From contig NC_057718.1 in NCBI RefSeq assembly GCF_004010195.1, positions 2,944,306 through 3,008,305 on the forward strand: a DNA stretch of 64,000 nt. The letters run 5' to 3'. Of this stretch, positions 1 to 13,671 are shown piece by piece (the first letter of the stretch is position 1; the number at the start of each line of letters is the position of its first letter). Under the pieces are notes generated by a model. That model saw only the letters and a list, made by a program, of their open reading frames with translations, did not search any database and was not told the origin of the DNA. This DNA is from Chiloscyllium plagiosum. Its lineage: Eukaryota. The translations under genes were made by a program, and so were the position numbers.

Positions 1-217
1 ATGTTAGGGGTAGGTTCTTTACTCAGCGAGTCGTGAGTTCATGGAATGCCCTGCCTGTAGCAGTGGTGGACTCTCCCTCTTTATGGGCATTTAAGCGGGC
101 ATTGGATAGGCATATGGAGGATAGTGGGCTAGTGTAGGTTAGGTGGGCTTGGATTGGTGCAACATCGAGGGCCGAAGGGCCTGTACTGCGTTGTATTCTT
201 CTATGTTCTATGTTCTA
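1..217 (+). mobile_element. CR1 LINE 3' end
   Basis: ORF2 C-terminal remnant, gggccgaagggcctgt motif and (TTCTATG)n tail; nearly identical to 53473-53598. Confidence 0.85.
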
Positions 218-1845
218 ACAGAATGGTAGACATTATATATTTGGACTTTGGAAAGTCTTTGATAAGTTTGATCTGGTGGATGAATTAGTAAAGTTAGATC
301 ACATGGGAATTAGTGAGAGCTTGCCAGCTGGATATAAATTTGCCATAATGGCAGGAGACAGAGGTGGTGGTGGAGGGTTGTTTCTTGGACTGAAGACCTG
401 TGACCAGTAGTGTTCCACAGGGAGGAGTACTGGGTCCATTTTTATTTGTCATTCTTATGAATGATTTGGATGAGAATTTAGGATGCGTGGTTAGTATAAA
501 GCCATAAGGCATAGGAGGAGTAGAAATTAGGCTATTAAGCCCAATGAGTCTGCTCCACCATTCAATCATGGCTGATACATTTCTCAACTGCATTCTCTCA
601 TGTTTCCCCTGTAACCCTTGATCTCCTTGATACTCAAGCCCCTATCTATCTCCATCTTAAATATATTCAATGACCTGGCCTCCGCAACCTTCTGTGGCAA
701 TGAATTCCATAGATTCACCACTCTCTGGCTAAAGATGTTTCTCCTTATTTCTCCTCTAAAAGGTCTTCCCTTTACTCTAAGCCACTGCCTTCAGGTCCTA
801 GTTTCTCCTACCAAAGGAAACATCTTCCCAACATCCACTCCATCCAGGCCATTCAGTATTCTGTATGTTTCAATTAGATCCTCCCTCATCCTTCTAAACT
901 CCATTGAGTATAAACTCAGAGACTTCAAATATTCCACATATGTTAAGTTTTTTATTGCTGGGACCATGCTCACGAACCTCCTCTGAACATGCTCCAAGAT
1001 CAATGCACCCTTCCGGAGATATGGGGCCATAGTGGACATAATGCTCCAACTGTGGCCTGACCAGAGCCTGATAGACCCTTAGAAGTACATCCCTGCTTTT
1101 ATATTCAAGTTCTCTCAAAGTAAATGCCAGCATTGCATTTACGTTCCTAACTACTGACTCAACCTACAAGTTTACCTTGATGGAATCCTGGACTAGAACT
1201 CCCAAAGTCTCTTTGCACCTTCGACTTCTGAAGTCTCTCCCAATTTCAAAACTGGTCTAAGTCTACCAAAGTGCATGACCTCACACTTGCCCATAGTGTA
1301 TTCAATCTGCCACTTCTTTGCCCACTCTCATAACCTGGCCAAATCCTTCTGCAGCCTCCCTGCCTCCTCAATATTTCCTGTCCCTCTTCCTATCTCTTTA
1401 TTTCTGCAAATTTAGCCAGAATGCACTCAGTTCTTTCATCTAAATCATTGATGTATGAAATGAAATGCTGTGGTTCCAACACTACACCTTGCAAACACCA
1501 CTAGTCACCGGCCGCCATCCTGAGGAAACCCCTTTTATCCCTACTGTCTGCTCTCTGCCAGAAAGCTAATCACTTATCCCTGTGAACTACATGCCTCTAA
1601 CACCTTATCTTACTCAGCAGCTGCCTGTGCAGCAGCATGTCACAGACCTTCTTGAAGTCCAGGTAGATAACATCCATTGGCTCTCCTTGACCTAACCTAC
1701 TCGTTACTTTTTCAAATAATTCCAAAATATTTGTCAGGAATGATCTCCAGTTTATGTAATCATGCTGACTTTGCCATATTTTACCATACACTTGCAAGTG
1801 TAGTCTCTAACTTTGGATGCATAGTGAACAGTGAAGACATTTATC
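218..1845. mobile_element. CR1 RT fragments (+ 218-500; - ~503-1800)
   Basis: VTSSVPQGGVLGP, YLDFKK and YQALVRPQLEH motifs in frameshifted ORFs. Confidence 0.85.
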
Positions 1846-1848
1846 TAA

Positions 1849-2143
1849 GAGTTCAAAGTTTGTGCGAAGATTTGTAGTTCGGGTGCTCGTTGTTGTGGTT
1901 CTGTTCGCCGAGCGGGAAGTTTTTGTTGCAAACGTTTCGTCCCCTGGCTAGGCGACATCATCAGTGCTTGGGAGCCTCCTGCGAAGCGCTTCTTTGATGT
2001 TTCCTCCGGTGTTATGATAGTAGTGTTGTCCCAGTTGAATTCATGTTGCTTGTTGTCTGCGTGTGTGGCTACTAAGGTTGGCTGGTCGTGTCGTTTCGTG
2101 GCTAGTTGATGTTCACGACCAGCTATCCTTAGTAGCCACACAC
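1849..2143 (-). mobile_element. Penelope-like family 1 terminal fragment, rearranged
   Basis: Matches the pLTR at 14580-14998 with an internal deletion; includes a hammerhead-like motif. Confidence 0.8.
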
Positions 2144-2149
2144 GCAGGA

Positions 2150-2817
2150 TGTCCTCCTACACATTAACAGCACAGAGGTGGAACGAGTGGACAAAGTCAA
2201 GCTCCTGTGATTGGTCATCAACAACAAGCTTTCTTGGACTCTTCATGTGGACGCACAGGTTATAAAGGCCCAACAATGTCTCTTCATCCTCAGGACTGAG
2301 GAAATTTGGCATGATGGCGAATACCCTTGCCAATTTTTACAGGTGCATCATAGAGAGCATTCTGTCTGGATGTATCACTACCTGGTATGATAACTGTACC
2401 ATTCAAGATTGGAAATGGCTACAGAGAATGGTGAACTTGGCCTGGATAGTCGCAAAGGTCAACCTCCCATCTACAGGATCCATCTACCAAGCCCACTGTC
2501 AAGGAAAGCCAGCATTCTCAAAGATCCATCCCACCCTGCCAATGTTTTTTTCCAACCTCTACCATCAGGGAGAAGGTATAGAAACCTGGATGCATGCACA
2601 GCCGGCTTCAAAACAGTTTCCATCCTACTCTTGTTAGAATACTGAAGGGCTCACAAACCCTTAGCATTCGCCTGTACCTGTGTTTTTAGATTTGCCTCTG
2701 TTAATCTATTATTTACTTATCTATGCTATTTAACTATGTGATCTGCCTGTATTGCTTGCAAGACAAAGCTTTTCACTGTGCCTTGGAATACATGACAATA
2801 AATTGAATTCAATTCAA
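2150..2817 (+). mobile_element. Rex1/Babar-type LINE 3' end
   Basis: NFYRCIIESILSGCITTWY and LPSGRRYR motifs; tail aataaattgaattcaattcaa. Confidence 0.8.
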
Positions 2818-2819
2818 AT

Positions 2820-3355
2820 CTCCATCCTTTTTCCTACCTATGTCGTTAGTGCCTATGTGAACCACGACTTGGGTCTACTCCACCTCACCATCAAGATTTC
2901 CGTAAGCACGATCAGAGACATCACAAACCCTGGCACCTGGGAGGCAAGACACCAATTGTGAGTCTCTCTTGTTTCTGTCCCCAGTGATTGATGCTCTGCT
3001 CCTCTTCGCCCTTTCCTTCTTAGCAACAGGGACAGACTCTGTGCCAGAGACCTGTGCCCCAACAGTATCCAAAGTGGTATACTTGTTGTTGAGAGGAACG
3101 GCCACTTAGGGTCCCTGCACTGCCTGCCAGCTCTCTTACCCATCTACCTTCTTCTTGTACCTGAGGTGTGACTACCTCCCTGTAACTCCTCTCAATAACC
3201 CCCTCCGCCTCCCAAATGATCCAAGGTTGATCCAAAGTTGATCCAGCTTCAGTTCCCTAACATGGTTTTCAAGGAGCTGGAGTTGGGTGCACTTCACACT
3301 GATGCAGTCAGCAGGGACACAGTGGTGACCCTTACCACCCACATTCTGCAGGAAC
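2820..3355 (-). mobile_element. CR1 ORF1 (esterase) 5' fragment
   Basis: VSCLPGARVCDVS; homologous to 6950-7680. Confidence 0.75.
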
Positions 3356-3389
3356 TTTCAATTTCCCTAACCTCTATTCCTACTATTTT

Positions 3390-4112
3390 ATGTAGAATTC
3401 CCACCAAGTGATTCCACAAATACGAACGAGAAATTACGCACATAAACATGACTGACCATGACTGGACAAGAGTGCTAGAATAAGACATCAACATCAAGCA
3501 AAAGCAGTTCAAGGTGATGAAATGACTAGCCCTACAAGAAAAACTGTCCAAACTCTCAGACAGCAATAATATGGACAATTCAGAGACTTGGATAAAGAAC
3601 CTGTTTGACTGACCACTTACAGACACAAAAAAGCTATCCTAATAGGAGGCAGGAACATCAACCACAGGTACATAGCTAAAAAGGACTTCCTAGCCGCACT
3701 GGAATCCACCCTGAAAGACAACGGAAGTACAGAAGCAACCCAGCAGGTCATCGAACAGACAGTCGCACCAACACTAAACAGGAAGAAAGCAGGGAACACC
3801 CTCAATACATTGGAAAGGAAAGGCCTGGAAGGGCTCAGAAAAGACAGAGATATCATAATCCTATCCACAGACAAAGGGAAAATGACCCTCATTGTGAACA
3901 GAACACAAAACATTGAAAAAGCAAACACACTACTTGCATCTCCAAATCATACTCGCAGATACTGATACCTACCAACAGATGGCAGTGAAGCCAACTCTCC
4001 AGCTAGAAAACCATATTAGAACAGGCCTGAGGAAACTACTCAAGACAGATCTCCAAAGAATGAAACCTGAAGGATCCAACACACCCCATTTCTACGGATT
4101 ACCAAAGGTACG
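3390..4112 (+). mobile_element. Penelope-like element, N-terminal ORF part (piece 1 of fragmented element)
   Basis: IIILSTDKGK and KPEGSNTPHFYGLPKV motifs typical of the PLE RT N-terminus. Confidence 0.75.
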
Positions 4113-4119
4113 TAAAAAA

Positions 4120-7100
4120 AGGGCCCTATCTCACCCTCTGATTATCTTGTATGTCTTAATTAAGTAATCCCTCAATCTTCTTCTCTCTAATGAAAACAGC
4201 CTCAAGTCCCTCAGTCTTTCCTCATAATAACTTCCCTTCATACGAGACCACATCCTAGTGAATATATGCTGAACCCTTTCCAAAGCTTCCATGTCCTTCC
4301 TATAGTGTGGTGACTAGAACTATATGCAATACTCCAAGTGCGGCCGCACCAGAGTTTTGTACAGCTACAGTATGACCTCATGGTTCCGAAGCTCAATCTC
4401 TCTACCAATAAAAGCTAACACACCGTAAGCCTTCTTAACAACCCTATTAACCTGGGTGGCAACTTTCAGGGATCTATGTACATGGACACCGAGATCTCTC
4501 AGTTCATCTACACTACCATGAATCTTACCATTCACCGAGTACTCTTTATTCTTATTGCTCATTCCAAAGTGAATCACCTCACACTTTTTCACATTAAATT
4601 CCATTTGTCAACTTTCAGTCCAGCTCTGCAGCTCATCTATGTCCCTCCATAACCAACAACATTTTTCAGCACTATCCATAACTCCACCGACTTTAATCAC
4701 CGGCAAATTTGCTAGCCCTCATCAAAGTCATTTATAAAAATGATAAACAGTAGTGGTCCCAAAACAGGTCCTTGCAGTACTCCACTAGCAACTGAACACC
4801 AGGATGAACATTTCCCATCAACCATCATCCTGTGTCTTCTTTCAGCTTGCCAATTTCTGATCCAAATCACTAAATCACCCACAATCCCATGCCTCTGTAT
4901 TTTGTGCAATAGCCTACCAAGGGGAACCTTCTCAAATGCCTTACTAAAATCCATAAAATCCACATTAACTGCTTTGTCCTCATCCAGCTGTTTGGTCACC
5001 TTCTCAAAGAACTCAATAAAGTTTATGAGGCACGATCTACCCTTCACAAAACACGTTGACTATCGCTAATCAACTGATTCCTTTACAGATTAGTATAAAT
5101 GCTATCTCTTATAAACTTTTCCAACACTTTACCCACAACTGAAGTAAGGCTCACTGGTCTATAATTACCAGGGTTATCTCGAATCTCCTTCTCAGAGACT
5201 CCTCGGATAAATCCCATCCAGCCCAGGGGACTCATTTATTTTCACCCTTTCCAGAATTGCTAACACACCCTCCTTGTGAACCTCAGTCCCTTCTAGTCTG
5301 GTAGTTGTATCTCAGTGTTCTCCTTGACAACATTGTCTTTTTCCAGTGTGAAATTGATGAGAATTATTCATTTGGCACTGCCCCCATCTCCCTGGACTCC
5401 ACTAATAACTTCCCATGACTATCCTGGATTGGCCCTAATCTTACTCTAGTCATTCTTTCATTCCTGATATATACCTATACAAAGCTTGATCCTATCTGCC
5501 AATGACTTCTCATGACCTCACCTGGCTCTTTTTAGCTCTCTCTTTAGGTCTTTCATGGTTAACCTGTAACTCTAAAGTGCCCTAACTGAGCCTTCATGTT
5601 TCATCCTAACATAAGCCTTCTTCTTCCTCTTGACATTCAGCTTCTTTAGTAAACCATGACTCCCTTGCTTGACAACTTCTTCTCTGCCTGACAGGTACAT
5701 ACCTATCAAGGTCACGCAGTAGCTGTTCCACGAATAAGCTCCACGTTTCAACTGTGTCCGTCCCCTGCAGTTTCCTTCCCCATCTTGTGCATCCTAAATC
5801 TTGCCTAATCGCATCGTAATTGCCTTTCCCCAGCTATAAATCTTGCCCGGCATTATATACCTATCCCTTTCCATCATTAATGTAAACGTAATCTAAGTAA
5901 TCACCAAAGTAATCACCTATCTCTAAATCTAACACCTGGTTGGGTTCATTACCCAGTACCAATTTTTATGTGGCCTCTCCCCTTGTTGACCTGTCTACAT
6001 ACTGTGTCAGGAAATTGTCCTGTACATTCTGGACAAAAACTGACCCATCTAAAGTACTCAACCTATCATATTCCCAGTCAATATTTGGAAAATTAAAGAC
6101 CCACAAGACAACTACCCCGTTACTCTCGCCCCTATCCTGAATTATCTTTGCTATCCCTTCCTTTACATCTCTGGAACTATTCAGAGGCTGATAGAAAGCT
6201 CCTAACAAACTGACCTCTCCTTTTTTGTTTTAAACCTCAGCCCATACTGCCTCTGTAGACAAATCCTCAAACATCCTTTCTGCTACCGTAATACTGTCCT
6301 TCACTAACAAGGCCACACCTCCCCCTCTTTTACCATCTCCTCTGCACTTACTGAAGCATTTATATCCCAGAACCTGCAATAAACATTTCTGTCCCTGTTC
6401 TACCCAAGTCTCCAAACTGGCTCCAACATCGAAGTCCCAGGTACCAATCCACGCTGCCAAGGTCACCCACCTGAGGCCGTATGCTCCTGATATTGAAGTA
6501 GACACACTTCAAACCACCTTCCTGCTTTCCAATGCACTCTTGTGACCTTGAAACCTTATTTCTAACCTCATTACTCTCCTGAACACTGGATCTCCAATTT
6601 AGGTTCCCATCCCCCTGTTGAATTAGTTTAAATCCTCCCGAAGAGCATTAGCAAATCTACTGCGCCCCCCACCCTGGCCAGGATATTGGAACCCCTCTGG
6701 TTCGAGTGTAGACCATCCTGTTTGTAGAGTTCCCACCTATCCCAGAAACAGCCTCAATTATCCAGGTATCCAAAACCCTCCCTCCTCCACCATCCCTGTA
6801 GCCACGTGTTCGACTCCTCTCTCCCCCTATTCCTTGCTTCGCTGGAACGTGGCATACGCAACAAACCAGAGACAACAACTCTGTTTGTCCTAGCTCTCAG
6901 CTTCCATCCTAGCTCCCTGAATTTCTGCCTTAAATCCCCATACCTGTTCTTACCAATTTTGTTAGTGCCGATGCGGACTACGACTTGGGACTGCTCTCCC
7001 TCCCCCTCAAGGATACCAAAAACACAAGCAGAGACATCACAAACCCTGGCACCTGGGAGGCAACACACTAACCATGAGTCTCTCTCATTCCCACAGAACC

Positions 7101-7935
7101 TCCAATCTGTCCCCCTAACTATGGAGTTCCCAATGATTAATGCTCTGCTCCTTTCCCCCCTTTCCTGATGAAGGACTTTTGCCCGAAACGTCGATTTTCC
7201 TGCTTCTTTGGATGCTGTCTGACCTACTGTGCTTTTCCAGCATCACTCTAATCTTGACTCTAATATGCAGCATCTGTCATACCCACCTCCACCTCCTCTC
7301 ATCCTTCCCTTCTGAGCAACAGGGACAGATTCTGTGCCAGAGACCTGTGCCCCATTGCTTACCCCTGGTAAGTCATCCACCCCAATAGTATCCAAAACAG
7401 TATACTTGTTATTGAAGGGAACGGCCACAGGGGTATCCCTGCACTGTCTACTGCTTCCCTTTCCATCCCCTGACGGTAACCCATCTACCTTTCTGTTGTA
7501 CTTCAGGTGTGACTACCTCCATGTAACTCCTCTCAATTACCCCCTCTGCCTTCTGAATGATCCAAAGTTCATCCGGCTCCAGCTCCAGTTCCCTAATGTG
7601 GTTCTCAAGGAGCTGAAGTTGGGTGCACTTCCCACAGATGCAGTCAGCAGGGACACTAGTAAAGACATTCTGCAGGTGGAACATTCAACCGCCCTAACCA
7701 CCATTCCCATTATTCTAAATTCCTAAAGAGATTACTGAAAGAAAACTCCTTACCAATCCGGTGCACAGAATCTTTTTTTTTGATTAGTGGAGGTAGATGG
7801 GTGGGAAACACTACCTAAGTAGTGTTTCAGGTAAAGTATATTTCTTACTTACCCAGATGTCCAGTGACTGTTCCTGCTCAGAGTATGCATCACCCTAGCC
7901 AAAGAAACACTGGCCACACTGCTCGACATGCCCCA
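4120..7935 (-). mobile_element. Long decayed CR1 LINE (ORF1 zinc-finger/leucine-zipper + SGNH esterase, APE, RT)
   Basis: CGKCTQLQLLENHIRELELE; CCLPGARVCDVS..VVVRIGTN; KRGGGVALLVK; DFSKAF; [11 protein letters not shown]; MEFNVKKCEVIHFG. Short Penelope-type insert at ~7160-7290. Confidence 0.88.
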
Positions 7936-7938
7936 ATT

Positions 7939-8484
7939 TGTTATGGACCAGGCCAAACCCCCTCAAAACATTTCAAGAACGTAGCCCAGACCCTAACTTG
8001 GCATTTTGCTTTAAGCAGGTGTAATACTGATATTCCAGGAGAGAATCAGCTGGTCAAAGAATTTAGTTTCAAACAAAACAGCATGTATTTACGAGATTAC
8101 CGAATGAAACATAAAAAAAGAATACTAAACAACTTATCCTACCTGAAAACCCAACAGACTATCCAAACTTAATGATGCTGGTCCGCAATGTTTGCCACAA
8201 TGGCCATAAACACCCCTTGGCACAAAACATGAAATCAAATAAGTTCTTACAGGAGAGAAAGGAGAGAGAGGAAGAACCAACCCAAAGATCAGATGAGCTG
8301 AGAACTGGTTACTCCCCTATCATTATACAAGTGTTTTTTTCTAAAACTTGGAAGGCTTCTGTCTGAGGCAGTATCTGTTAGCTACAAACCAATTGCCGTA
8401 AGACCCTTCAGCCATCCAGACTTTTGAAGCCTGTGCCTTTTACAAACACTCTGAAAAAAAAAGCCAAGGAACAGCTTTGTCACA
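7939..8484. mobile_element. Solo LTR-like sequence
   Basis: About 545 bp bounded by TGTTA...TCACA between CR1 and Penelope pieces; no TSD seen. Confidence 0.4.
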
Positions 8485-8730
8485 CACCTGGCAGCACCAA
8501 CTCCATCAGCAAGGACAGCACCCTCAAACTAGTAGACCTGTGCCTCACAACCCACTTCACTTTCAATGACAAGATCCCAAACAAATCAACTGGACACTTA
8601 TAGGATCACCAATAACAGGACTTATAGCAGAAGCAGTAATGCAGAGATTAGAATGGACATCCCTTCTCACAATCCAGCCCAAGCTTTGGGTCTGCTATGT
8701 GGATGACACCTTTGTCATCCACAAATGGAC
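8485..8730 (+). mobile_element. Penelope-like RT core (piece 2)
   Basis: LKLVDLCLTTHFTFN, GSPITG and YVDDTFVI motifs. Confidence 0.8.
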
Positions 8731-8734
8731 CTGC

Positions 8735-10915
8735 ATCAGGACATTATTTAAATAAGCCACAACATACTGTAGTAGCCAGGAGCTATAAGAAGCAGAGAAA
8801 AAAAACACCTGTTGGAATTGGAAGATCTCCTATGTGGTATAAGGACATATGTAAGAATCAGATGGGGAGGACTAATGCTGTAGTACATGAAGTAGATGTA
8901 GGGAACACTGCTCCAATAAAACAACACCCCTAGCAGCTTAATCCTTTCAAGAATGGAGGTGGAGGCCATGCTCAACGAGTATATCATCAAACCAAGCCAA
9001 TTTTTAGTTTGGAGGACTGTACCGAGAAAGTCAGAAAATCCAGTTACATCACCAAGTTGGACTTACTGTATGGTTACTGGAAGGCACCTTTATCAGAGAT
9101 GGTGAAAGAAGTTTTTGGGTTTGTAACCCCAAATGGGCTATATCAGTTTAAAGTGATGCCTTTTGGAATGAAGAATGCACCCGCCACATTCCAAAGACAA
9201 CAGAGTTGTGGCTGGGTTAACAAACTGTGCAGTCTATTTGGACAATGTAGTGATCTTTAGTAAGTCCTGGAAAGATGGCATGGTACAGTTGGCAGAGCTC
9301 TTTGATTGACTACGAGAAGCAAAACTGGTGATAAGCTTAAATAAAATTGAATTTGCAAAAGCAGAGGTGATGTTCTTGGGACATAACATCGGTCATGGAA
9401 GATTGACCCCACAGAATGCAAAGACGAAAGCTATCGAGGAATTTCCATGATCAACCTTGAAGAAAGAGGTGCTTTAATTCTTCGGACTCAGCAGATTCTA
9501 TTGGAAGTCTGTTCCAAACTTCAGCAGTGTAGTGGCACCGTTAACTGATTTGCTGAAGAAGAACACAGAGTTTCGGTGGACAGAACCATTTCAGGAGGCA
9601 TTCGACCATTTGAAATCAATATTAACCACCAAAGCAGTTTTATCTATACCAAACTTTTCAAAACATTTCAAAGTCACCATTGATTCTCGTGACATAGGGA
9701 TTGGAGTTATATTCTGACAGGAAGATGAGGATGAGATTGAACTGCCAGTTGGTTACTTTTTGAACAAGATCAACATCCAGCAAAGTAAATATTCCATTAC
9801 TAAAAAAAGAACTATTGAGTTTGGTACTGGCCTTACAACATTTTAATGTGTATGTCATGAACGATGTGTCTGAGATGGTTGTGTGCACAGATCACAATCT
9901 GCTTACATTCTTAGGATGCTTTAAAGACAAAAATATGTGACTATTTCATTGGTGTCTGTGACACAGAATTTAATTTAAAAGTTATACACATTGCGGGTTG
10001 TAAAAATGTAATCGCAGATGCATTATCGTGGATTTAACTGATAAAGTTTAGATGATATTTGTATTTATTTAATGTTATATATGCACAGATATATGGGAAG
10101 ACGTTAAGGTGAACTTATATTAAAGTTATCTGTAGGTTAGGGTAATGTATTTTTAAAAAATAGAAGAAAATAAATGAAGCCATCTTGTCATGATGGTGCT
10201 TCATTTTTTCTTAATGGGGGAGGTGTTATGAATATGTGGGTATATTGTACTTTTAAAAATATTAAAAGCTAGCAGAATTACCTGACAACACCAAGTGTTC
10301 TCAACAAGGTACAATATAGAATGTGGTCTAGCATTTAGTGTAGCTCGTTGCCTGGAGACAAAAACAGATTTGAATTAGGCCAATCAGTTTAAATTATAAC
10401 CCCCAAAAATATCAAATTCCAACCAAGTTTGAATTTAGTATATTGATAATCTTAAAAGCCAATGACACAATCTAATGTTTTGGTGGTATAAGACTGGGGA
10501 AAATTGAACAGTTAGGGGGAGAACTGCCATACCACCAGCATGTAGAGACTGCCTGAAAAATATGTCTCTTAATGGTACCTTTCTCAATCAGCAAACGGTG
10601 AAGCAGAAATCCCTAAGAAGAAGAAAAGAAGATTTGACACCTGACTGATTTTTGAAAAGTTGAATGTTGGTAAATCTTAATTGGGAGGCTTTATTGGACT
10701 AGTATTGTAGAAGGGGAAGTAAAAGAAAGGTTAGAGGAAGGAGTTGCAAATAGTTGTTAGTTAATTATTCTCTGTTATAATTTAAGAAATAATGTTGTTG
10801 CTTTTATTTTAGCTAGTTCTTGGCCTTTTGAATTTTCACATATTACTGTATCAGATAAATCTTTTCTGTGTTGCTGGTTTAAATTAAGCAGGAGGGTTTA
10901 CCCCATACTGTAATA
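8735..10915 (+). mobile_element. 5'-truncated Gypsy-group LTR retrotransposon (RT-RNaseH, PPT, 3' LTR 10224-~10915)
   Basis: YITKLDLLYGYW, YQFKVMPFGMKNAPATFQR, APLTDLLKK, TIDSRDIGIG, KNVIADALS; polypurine aatgggggagg immediately before TGTTA. Confidence 0.85.
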
Positions 10916-11600
10916 CAATGGTTACCCGATAAGTGCAGTCTGCCAATTCTTGCACAACAGACCAAATCAGGAAGACACAACACGCCCAGAGACTCTAGCC
11001 ACCCTGCCCGATATTAAAAACATTTCAGAGATGACAATCAGACTACTCCAGCCCCTAGACATCTTGGTGGCTCACAAAACTGCTACCATACTGAAACAGC
11101 TCCTCATGAATTTAAAGGACTCCACCAACAATCAGTAGAACGAACGTCAGAAACAAAACACCCTGCAAGGACTGCAACAAACATTACACCGGACAGATGG
11201 GCAGGAAACAAGCCACCAGGATACATTAACTCCAACTAGCCACCAAAAGACATTACCAACTATCACTGGTATCCATATACACAGACAGAGGGACATCAGT
11301 CCAACTGGGACAATACATCCATCCTGGGACAGGCCAAATAAAGACATGCATAGGAACTCCAAGAGGCCTGGCATTCAAACCAGAACTCCATTAACAAATA
11401 TATCGATTTGCACCCCATTTACCAAGCTCTCAGACAAAAGAACCGGAAATGATAACACCCACCACAACATACCAAGACACATAAATAGAAAGCAGGACAG
11501 AATACCAACACTTCACCGGAGGCTCACTGATGATGCTACCTAGCATGGTGATGAAACATCTAAGAACTAACCCATCAGCTCAGCAAGGAAATTTACAACC
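10916..11600 (+). mobile_element. Penelope-like element C-terminal/GIY-YIG and pLTR (piece 3)
   Basis: LATLPDIKNISEMTIRLLQPLDILVAHK; decayed CKDC..HYTGQ; decayed ctgatga...gaaac motif near 11527-11560. Confidence 0.8.
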
Positions 11601-12110
11601 AGTGCAGTTTTCTGTAAGAGGTACTGTACAGAGAGTTGCTTTCTTACATTTTTTTAAATGTGAGGTGTTATATTTACTTTTGTTTCATCAATAAATATGA
11701 TTTCTTCCTTCACGCTGTGCTATACTTTGCAGTAGACTTTTGAGTGATTTTTGATCGATCAAGCGCAATATTATTTGCTGATCTGCCCCAACCTCATTTT
11801 TCCCATAGGCCCCATTATTTCTATTAGGCAAGGTTTCGCTGGAACGCAACTATGGCCTTAGAGGAGAACTATCTGTATTTCAATTTGCAAAGCCAGAAGC
11901 ACTGGGGACAATCTTTACTACATTTTATATTTATTCACAGAGTGATAGCATACACTTCCCATCTCCACTACACCACCACTTTGTCCCTGTAGATGTACGG
12001 ATGGGAAATACTGGTTATTGTCCATGAGCCACAAACAATCCATCACAATGATGGAGAGATAGTAAATCAGGAATGGTCAAGAAGGATCCACTCAATCAGC
12101 AGAGAGATCT

Positions 12111-12752
12111 CCCAGCATGGGGCTGATGGGTGAGTGATGATGGAGGTGGGTTGGGAATGATGGGTGAGTGATGATTGGGGTGGGGTGGTGCTGATGAGTG
12201 AGTGATGATGATTAGATTAGATTCCCTACAGTGTGGAAACAGGCCCTTTGACCCAACAAGTCCACACTGACCCTCCGAAGAGTAATACAACCAAACTCTT
12301 TTTCCCTCTGACTAATACACCTAACACTATGGGCAATTTAGCATGGCCAATTCACCTAAACTGCACATCTTTGGACTGTGGGAAGAAACCGGAGCACCCG
12401 GAGGAAACCCACGCAGACATGGGGAGAATGTGCAAACTCCACACAGATAGTCGCCTGAGGTTGGAATCGAACCTGGGACCCTGGTGCTGTGAGGCAGCAG
12501 TACTAACCACTGAGCCATCATGCTGCTCCCACCATGATGGGGGTTGGGTGGGGATGATGGGTCAGTAATGATGGGGGAGTAATGCGTGAGTGATGATGGG
12601 GGTGGGGTTGATGAGTGAGTGATGATGGGGGTGTATGATGGGTGAATGATGATGGGGTGATGGGTGAGTGATGATGGGGATGGGGATGATGAGTGAGTGA
12701 TGATTGAGGGGTATGATGGATGAGTGATGATGGGGGTGGGGCTGGTGGTGAA
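12111..12752. repeat. Low-complexity (GGGTGAGTGATGATG)-like tandem repeat interrupted by an HE1 SINE
   Basis: Repeated tgagtgatgatgggg units on both sides of the SINE. Confidence 0.85.
12210..12530 (-). mobile_element. HE1 / V-SINE
   Basis: tRNA-like head, V-domain core gtgggtttcctccgggtgctccggtttc, (TAATC)n tail. Confidence 0.9.
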
Positions 12753-13671
12753 CAGGATTGACTCACAGTACAACATTGCTGCTCCAGAACACTTCAAGTC
12801 TGTGAACAATAAGCCTCACCTGCTGCAATTATTCACCAGTTATCAGGTTCCTGCAAGCTGTGTGCACAGATGTGGAGACTGCAGGGAGAGTGAGCAAACT
12901 AACCATGATACCTTGGGACAGTGATTCAAGTGGGGAGAGGAAATGGGAATGTTATTTTGGGAGGGGACAGTATAATGAGGGGGTAGATCCTTCTCCCTAC
13001 AGACATGAGTGTGGTTCTTTACTGCAATGTACTAAGTATCCAAGTATTCAGAACAAAAGAACTGAAATAACAGCCCAATTATAGGTTAACATGGAATTGT
13101 TAAGAACAGTCAGATTGGACATGAAATATCAATTCTGTTTCTCTCTACAGATTGTTGCCAGACCTGCTAAATTTCTTCAGCATTCTCTGTTTGCTTCAGG
13201 TTTCCTTCATTGCAGTATCTCACCTTCAGTAAAAGGGGAAGCAGTGGATGTGATATTCAGGGATTTTCAGTCAGCATTTCATTAGGTCCCACACGTTAGG
13301 TGACTTAATAACAGCCCCATGGTTGAAGGTGGTGTATGAGTATAGATAGAAGATTGACTAACTAATAGAAGGCAGAGTGTGAGGATAAAGAGGGAATTTT
13401 CAGGATGCCAAACTGCAGGTATTGGAGTGTCACAAGGATCAGTGCTGAGGCTAGAATTATTTACAATATATATTACTGACTTGGATGAGGAAAGTATTGT
13501 CAACAATTTTGTGGATAAGTAGTGTCAAAGAGTCTGCGCAGGGATATTGACACATTTGTTGAGTGGGCGAAAACTTGACAAATGGAATAGAATGTGAAGA
13601 AATGTAAGTCCGTACATTTTGGTGGGAACAGGAGCTGAATATTGTTGAAATGGGAAAGACTACAGAAAGCT

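Noticed and set aside
12327-12809. His/Pro/Ser-rich ORFs
   Set aside because: Translation of a low-complexity repeat plus an HE1 SINE.
12760-12915. Minus-strand LQSP and TDLKCSGAAMLYC motifs as the missing V exon of unit A
   Set aside because: The motifs are far too close together for a V domain, lie in different frames with stops, and there is no Trp motif.
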